Source: an uncultured virus (IMG/VR IMGVR_UViG_2651869816_000009)
Taxonomy: Duplodnaviria > Heunggongvirae > Uroviricota > Caudoviricetes
Length of the DNA stretch: 64,000 nucleotides
Virus record (IMG/VR): IMGVR_UViG_2651869816_000009
Direction: 5' to 3' (one strand)
Shown: piece by piece, positions 59,362-64,000 of the stretch
How the letters are laid out: each line of letters opens with the position of its first letter
How positions within the stretch are numbered: the first letter of the stretch is position 1
Translations under genes and position numbers: made by a program
Notes under the pieces: model-generated
What the model was told of the DNA's origin: nothing
What the model saw: only the letters and a program-made list of their open reading frames with translations
The model's database searches: none

Positions 59362-60036
59362 TTATTCTCCTTTCCAATTTCTCATGTAGTTTATAGCTTC
59401 TTCAAAGTCTTTTTCTAGAATATCTTTATAACTAGCAACCCCGTAACGATCCTTCAAACGTCTGTGCGCTTTCGAGAATAGCTGTCTTTTAGTAAAACGA
59501 CCGTGACTAGTTCCGTTGTTCCATAAGTGGCGCACCGTGGCTTCTACAGTGTTTTGCATAATTCTCTGTTGTTGATAGTCAATGGTGATCTTTGTTTCTA
59601 TCTTTGTTTCCAGGACGTCCACACGCTCATTAAGTTCTATAGCACCGCGCATAAGTAGTTGCTGAATTTCACCTATAGCCGTTTTCGGTTGCTCCTGTTG
59701 CTGGCTCTTGATGTATTCTTCCATTTTGTTAAACTCCGAAATATATTTAAGTTTGAATTCCAGGGCCTTTTTACCAGTGAAGCCCATAACCAACATTGTG
59801 AAACCTTCTTTAGTTAAATTGAATTTAGGATACCATTGTTTATTTTGTTCATGCTGGTAAGGGGTCTCCTCAAAATATTGCACACCCTTTTCACCTATTT
59901 CTTTCATGCTCTCAATGATATTTACGATATCACGAAAAACATTATCATGACGCTTTCCGAATACTTCAGCCACCGTTAAACTATCTGTTACTACCTCATT
60001 GTTATTGTTTACGAATACTAATTGTGCGTTTGTCAT
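59362..60036 (-). CDS. Rha-family antirepressor with ORF6C domain
   Basis: TDSLTVAEVFGKRHDNVFRDI, GFTGKKALEFKLKYI, YGVASYKDI. Confidence 0.9.
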   Translation of the reverse strand: MTNAQLVFVNNNNEVVTDSLTVAEVFGKRHDNVFRDIVNIIESMKEIGEKGVQYFEETPYQHEQNKQWYPKFNLTKEGFTMLVMGFTGKKALEFKLKYISEFNKMEEYIKSQQQEQPKTAIGEIQQLLMRGAIELNERVDVLETKIETKITIDYQQQRIMQNTVEATVRHLWNNGTSHGRFTKRQLFSKAHRRLKDRYGVASYKDILEKDFEEAINYMRNWKGE

Positions 60037-60097
60037 AATAAAATCTCTCCATTCAATGTTTATTTTTGTTTAATAATTCTGGATAATTTAATGAATT

Positions 60098-60952
60098 TTA
60101 GAAAGGTAATACAATATCTTCAGATTTAGGACGTTCTTTTTTTACTTCGTCCATACGTCTGTATTCAAGGTATCTTTCATCGTTTAGAAACCCTTCTGGA
60201 TACTTAATGTACTTTTGGTCTGTACCTTTAGTTAAACACTCTTTAGCGTACTGTATGACACCGTAAAGTATAACGTCATGATTATGGTGTTTATTCTCTA
60301 CAGCATTTTTATATATTGTATAACATTTAGGTTTGTTTCTCTTTTTAGGATAGTGTTTCCATACTTCTTCAAACTCTGGAGAATATACTATTTTGTTATT
60401 CTTCTTCGGAACTTCCACAGCGTCAGCGACCTTCTTTGTTGTAGTCTCTGGTATTCTCTGTGTAGTCTCTGGTATTCTCTGTGTAGTCTCTGGTATTGTT
60501 AGTGTCATATTGACACGTTGCATTGATTCATTTTGATGCTTTGGATCGGGCCATTCTGACACGTTGCATTGATTCATTTTGACACTTTCCATTGATTCAT
60601 TTTGACACGATGCATAGGTTAAACGTTCGTAGTCGATCGAATACCATTTTGTGCGATCAAAACCCTTTTTATTATAGTTGCCTGTCAATAAGTAACCTTC
60701 CTTTTCTAGCTTATTAAACATTCTTTTCATAGTGCTTAGTGACCACCAGGAAAACTGATCATTCCATTTCTCGGCTGTATTATAAACCCACACACGGCCG
60801 TCATAATTATGATTGCTTTTTTCTAGCCAATAGTGTATTTGTTGCAACACTATAGCTTCATTTAGACCGATCTGTTTTGCTAATGCTGGTTTAAAGATCA
60901 TTGTATCGGTTGAACTTAATAAGTTTGTTTGCATCGTTGTTGCGCCCTCCAT
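60098..60952 (-). CDS. Phage replication initiator
   Basis: IGLNEAIVLQQIHYW, DRTKWYSIDY, FEEVWKHYPKK. Confidence 0.88.
   Translation of the reverse strand: MEGATTMQTNLLSSTDTMIFKPALAKQIGLNEAIVLQQIHYWLEKSNHNYDGRVWVYNTAEKWNDQFSWWSLSTMKRMFNKLEKEGYLLTGNYNKKGFDRTKWYSIDYERLTYASCQNESMESVKMNQCNVSEWPDPKHQNESMQRVNMTLTIPETTQRIPETTQRIPETTTKKVADAVEVPKKNNKIVYSPEFEEVWKHYPKKRNKPKCYTIYKNAVENKHHNHDVILYGVIQYAKECLTKGTDQKYIKYPEGFLNDERYLEYRRMDEVKKERPKSEDIVLPF
60440..60615. repeat. Origin iterons of prophage 2
   Basis: Three 21-bp TGTAGTCTCTGGTATT(CTCTG) units; TGACACGTTGCATTGATTCATTTTGA twice plus variants. Confidence 0.75.
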
Positions 60953-61539
60953 TAAATAGGTTTAACAGTTTTATAGATTTTATAACCTTCTCTTTTCTTG
61001 CTGTTCTTCCCTTTGTTGTTACCTTTGACGAATGTTAAATACCCGTCTTTGTTTAGTCTAACTAACATTTTTCTTATACCAGATTCCGAGATAGTTTCAT
61101 TGCATTCTTCAGCTATTATTTCCACCAATTCAGATTCATGTAAATCTATCGTTTCCGATCCGAACAACCTAACCAACATGTTATGAACATATTTCAGTTT
61201 GATTCCATCATTTATTAAATAATCATGTTCAATAAATTTGTCTGGTTCGTGATATTCTTTGTTAATCTCAAACACTGGCTTGATCCTTTTTGCTCCATTA
61301 CCTTTGTAAAACTTTCCGTAACCATACATTTCTAATGATCTAATTGTATTCAGTAAATGCAACCTGTTCTTCATGAATCCATTTTCTACTTCTGGGAACA
61401 TTTCGCCGTATACTATTTCTATCTTTCTACTATCTTGTTTAATTGCGATCTCCTGGAATCTTTGTAATAAAATAGCTGTACTAATGTTATATGTTTCGTT
61501 TGCTACTTCTGTACTAAACCATAATTTGTTGTTATTCAT
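60952..61539 (-). CDS. Hypothetical protein, wHTH-like
   Basis: ISESGIRKMLVRLNKDGYL. Confidence 0.6.
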   Translation of the reverse strand: MNNNKLWFSTEVANETYNISTAILLQRFQEIAIKQDSRKIEIVYGEMFPEVENGFMKNRLHLLNTIRSLEMYGYGKFYKGNGAKRIKPVFEINKEYHEPDKFIEHDYLINDGIKLKYVHNMLVRLFGSETIDLHESELVEIIAEECNETISESGIRKMLVRLNKDGYLTFVKGNNKGKNSKKREGYKIYKTVKPI

Positions 61540-61541
61540 AA

Positions 61542-62075
61542 TTACTTATCTCCTTTGTATTTGTATCTAATTTGCTTCCCGTTTCCTTTACCTACTCCAG
61601 TGCGTTCATTATCCCTTCTTCTTTCAAGAATTCCTTTCCTTACCATTCCATTTAACATAACGTTTCCAGTGTCTTTGTTGAAAATTCCAGATGTTTCATA
61701 CATGAATTTGTTTGTTGCCCAACCGCCGTGATCTTCCAGAATTGTGCGGGCCAAAAACATTTTTGGATTAAATCGTTTATCACCAGGTTTAATATAGAAA
61801 TATTGATCGGCTGTTTTAACCTTCTTTTTAAGCTGTACAATTTGAGTGTTACCGCGTTTCTTCGTCTCCAGGTAACCAAAACTTACTAACTCCCTAAACG
61901 CTTCTTTCATAGTTTCATAAGATAACTGTAATTCTTCGATAGCTTCATCAATATCAAATGTAACAACTTTATTTTCTTCTAAGAATGAAATGTCATTCAC
62001 ATACTCCAGGATAACCGCTGGCGTCATTCCGAGTTTATTCGCGTGTTCAATATTGAAATGAATAATTTTGTTCAT
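61542..62075 (-). CDS. Hypothetical protein, wHTH-like
   Basis: LSYETMKEAFRELVSFGYL. Confidence 0.6.
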   Translation of the reverse strand: MNKIIHFNIEHANKLGMTPAVILEYVNDISFLEENKVVTFDIDEAIEELQLSYETMKEAFRELVSFGYLETKKRGNTQIVQLKKKVKTADQYFYIKPGDKRFNPKMFLARTILEDHGGWATNKFMYETSGIFNKDTGNVMLNGMVRKGILERRRDNERTGVGKGNGKQIRYKYKGDK

Positions 62076-62103
62076 TGTTATTATCTCCCTTTGTTTAATA
62101 GAA

Positions 62104-62418
62104 TTAGATTCTTTTCATTAATGCTTCGAAATACATATTCTCTTTGAATGCTAATGTATCTCTGTAAGGCCTTCTTAAACTCCCTGGTTCTTGCCGTGTG
62201 CATGACTTTGGCCTTTCTTCATCATCTACTTCTACAACCATATAGATCGGCTCTACAAAGTCATAACCACGGTTTAAAAGTTCGTCAGTTTGATCTATCA
62301 AAGTAAATAGATTGTATGACTTCTTTGCGAATGGTTTTGTTTTGTCGCTTTCCTTACCAAAAGAGAAGTTATTTCTTAAACGTTTGCGCGTTATTACCTT
62401 CATGTACTTTAGGTTCAT
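62104..62418 (-). CDS. Hypothetical protein
   Basis: 104 aa ORF. Confidence 0.6.
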   Translation of the reverse strand: MNLKYMKVITRKRLRNNFSFGKESDKTKPFAKKSYNLFTLIDQTDELLNRGYDFVEPIYMVVEVDDEERPKSCTRQEPGSLRRPYRDTLAFKENMYFEALMKRI

Positions 62419-62422
62419 TTGT

Positions 62423-63118
62423 TTATGCTCCCTGTTCCTCTAGTATTTTTTTAGCTTGTTCTAATAGACTAGGATCATTAGTGTAGCTGGTCCAGCCGAC
62501 AATACGTTTTGAAAGTGATCCGTCAATTGCTTTAACATCACAATTCTTTTGTTTTGCTAGTGCGAATTTTTTAGCCGTTACAATCTTCTTCAATTTATCA
62601 ACTTCATTATTTCTTGATCCCTGGTTTGTCTTTTCAGCTAAAGTTTTTGGGCCACCTTCAGCACCTTCTGGAATATCTTCGCCAGCGTATACATATAACC
62701 CCAGGCCGTGTAACGCGATAGCTTTAACTAAACAACGTTTCTGGTTTTTGTTTATTTCGAACGCGTTCGGATTTGCTATAGGTTTGTTTCTATGATCCAA
62801 TACAGGTAACATTTCCGTTTCTGTGTGACCGTGGATCGTCACCGATACTTGAACAAAGAAACCGTTAGGCGTTTTTAAATATGGCACTTGAACATCAATA
62901 TTTCCTTCATACGGGAAGTAATGAACGTGTTGTTTGGCCCGTGGATCAATTTTCTTTGTTTCAGCCCAGGCCCAGGCCCACGAAAGATAAGATAAACCGT
63001 TTTTCTTTTCTAACTTATCGTTTACATTAAGGGCAAACATTCGCTTAAAATGATTTACTTCTTCTTCAGTAACTTCAATTTGATCTGGCGCAACTTCAGT
63101 ATTTTTAGTTTCTGTCAT
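62423..63118 (-). CDS. Sak/DUF1071 single-strand annealing protein
   Basis: LSYLSWAWAW, LPVLDHRN, KRCLVKAIALHGLGLYVYAGED. Confidence 0.9.
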   Translation of the reverse strand: MTETKNTEVAPDQIEVTEEEVNHFKRMFALNVNDKLEKKNGLSYLSWAWAWAETKKIDPRAKQHVHYFPYEGNIDVQVPYLKTPNGFFVQVSVTIHGHTETEMLPVLDHRNKPIANPNAFEINKNQKRCLVKAIALHGLGLYVYAGEDIPEGAEGGPKTLAEKTNQGSRNNEVDKLKKIVTAKKFALAKQKNCDVKAIDGSLSKRIVGWTSYTNDPSLLEQAKKILEEQGA

Positions 63119-63308
63119 TCTTCTTTTCCTCCAGTTTGATCTTTTTATTCATATCATGAATACATGCCATTAACCATTTTATTTCCTTGTTTATCGCTAT
63201 GCTTGCAAGGTTTGTGTACCTTGTTTCTAGTTTAGGTAATGCAACTAATTCTTTTAAGCCGTCCATACATTGTTGGCGGTCTTCTTTTACAGCTTCTAAA
63301 TACGTCAT
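63105..63308 (-). CDS. Hypothetical protein
   Basis: 67 aa ORF. Confidence 0.6.
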   Translation of the reverse strand: MTYLEAVKEDRQQCMDGLKELVALPKLETRYTNLASIAINKEIKWLMACIHDMNKKIKLEEKKNDRN

Positions 63309-63318
63309 ATGATCACCC

Positions 63319-63804
63319 CTATTTGATTGATAATGATTTCGTTCTATGAGTTGTTACGCCCTCTACAATAATTCCTTTTTGTACCGCTTTTAATAGATTC
63401 GTTTTGTCTAACGATGGTTTACCAGGTTTGTAATACATTTCTGGAATAAATGCTTCTGAATGCACCAGCAACGATTCTTTGTTATTTCTAATGCTGATTG
63501 TCATTAGATCGGTTTCAATCTTTTTATTATCAGTTGCTTCCATGCTATCCATTAAGTATTGTTTTAAGCGTGTAACAGCCTTTTCAGTTTTCTTTCTACG
63601 TTCAGCAAGGCGCACTTCTTCAGCTTTGATAACTTCACACATGTTTTCCATGTTCTTGATTACATGAACGATTCCCAGGGCCTTTTGCTCAATCGCTTCG
63701 TCCAGCGCTTCTAATGTATCTGTAAACATTTCCTGGTTGTCTTCTGTAATATGTTGCTGTAATTCAAGGTAACTTCCTGTTAATGAATATAATGATGTTG
63801 TCAT
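63319..63804 (-). CDS. Siphovirus Gp157 family protein
   Basis: SLYSLT...DTLEAL...IKAEEVRL...LKQYL. Confidence 0.88.
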   Translation of the reverse strand: MTTSLYSLTGSYLELQQHITEDNQEMFTDTLEALDEAIEQKALGIVHVIKNMENMCEVIKAEEVRLAERRKKTEKAVTRLKQYLMDSMEATDNKKIETDLMTISIRNNKESLLVHSEAFIPEMYYKPGKPSLDKTNLLKAVQKGIIVEGVTTHRTKSLSIK

Positions 63805-63818
63805 AATAAAATCTCTCC

Positions 63819-63998
63819 TTAGAATTCAATAAATTTATTTGGTTTTCCAGTGATTGTTGATAACACAAGGTGTAAATTTATTTCTTCAGACTTCGCAATA
63901 TGATTGTAACCATGCGCGGTTTCGTTGTTCTGTAATGCTTCAATACGTTGTGTTATTTGTCTTTCAGCTAGATCAAAGCGCGCTTGCATTGCTTGTTT
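63819..63998 (-). CDS. Partial hypothetical protein (5' end outside window)
   Basis: Open frame ending ...NKFIEF-stop. Confidence 0.5.
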   Translation of the reverse strand, partial: KQAMQARFDLAERQITQRIEALQNNETAHGYNHIAKSEEINLHLVLSTITGKPNKFIEF

Positions 63999-64000
63999 TT

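Larger units (their letters stand above)
31060..64000 (-). mobile_element. Prophage 2 (SPP1-like siphovirus); right end outside window
   Basis: Complete lysis, tail, head and packaging modules plus replication/recombination genes. Confidence 0.95.

Overview
Low-GC Bacillus cereus-group chromosome (bcr1 repeat, Bla1 beta-lactamase) with two unrelated prophages separated by about 7 kb of host DNA. Prophage 1 (window start to about 23.85 kb) is inserted in the 3' end of an ABC permease gene. It carries a tyrosine integrase, an arbitrium aimR-aimP-aimX-like module (predicted peptide DIKPGG), cI/cro, replication genes, an ArpU regulator, a small tyrosine recombinase, lysis genes and an FtsK/Replic_Relax module. 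It has lost its head and tail genes (junction near 6082). Its accessory region (10.27-15.63 kb) is cut into units by a recurring 15-16 bp quasi-palindrome (YAAAN-N5/6-TTTTR) at gene boundaries. Several of these units are non-coding promoter-plus-terminator elements, some with sporulation-sigma-like promoters, suggesting an integron-like cassette array. Prophage 2 (about 31.06 kb to window end) is an SPP1/PBSX-terminase siphovirus that splits a class B PBP gene next to bla1. It contains a 1.4 kb structured, ORF-poor transcription unit ending in a tRNA-like element, and 11 co-oriented copies of an 18-bp motif. All calls come from reading the sequence by eye; no searches or folding were run.
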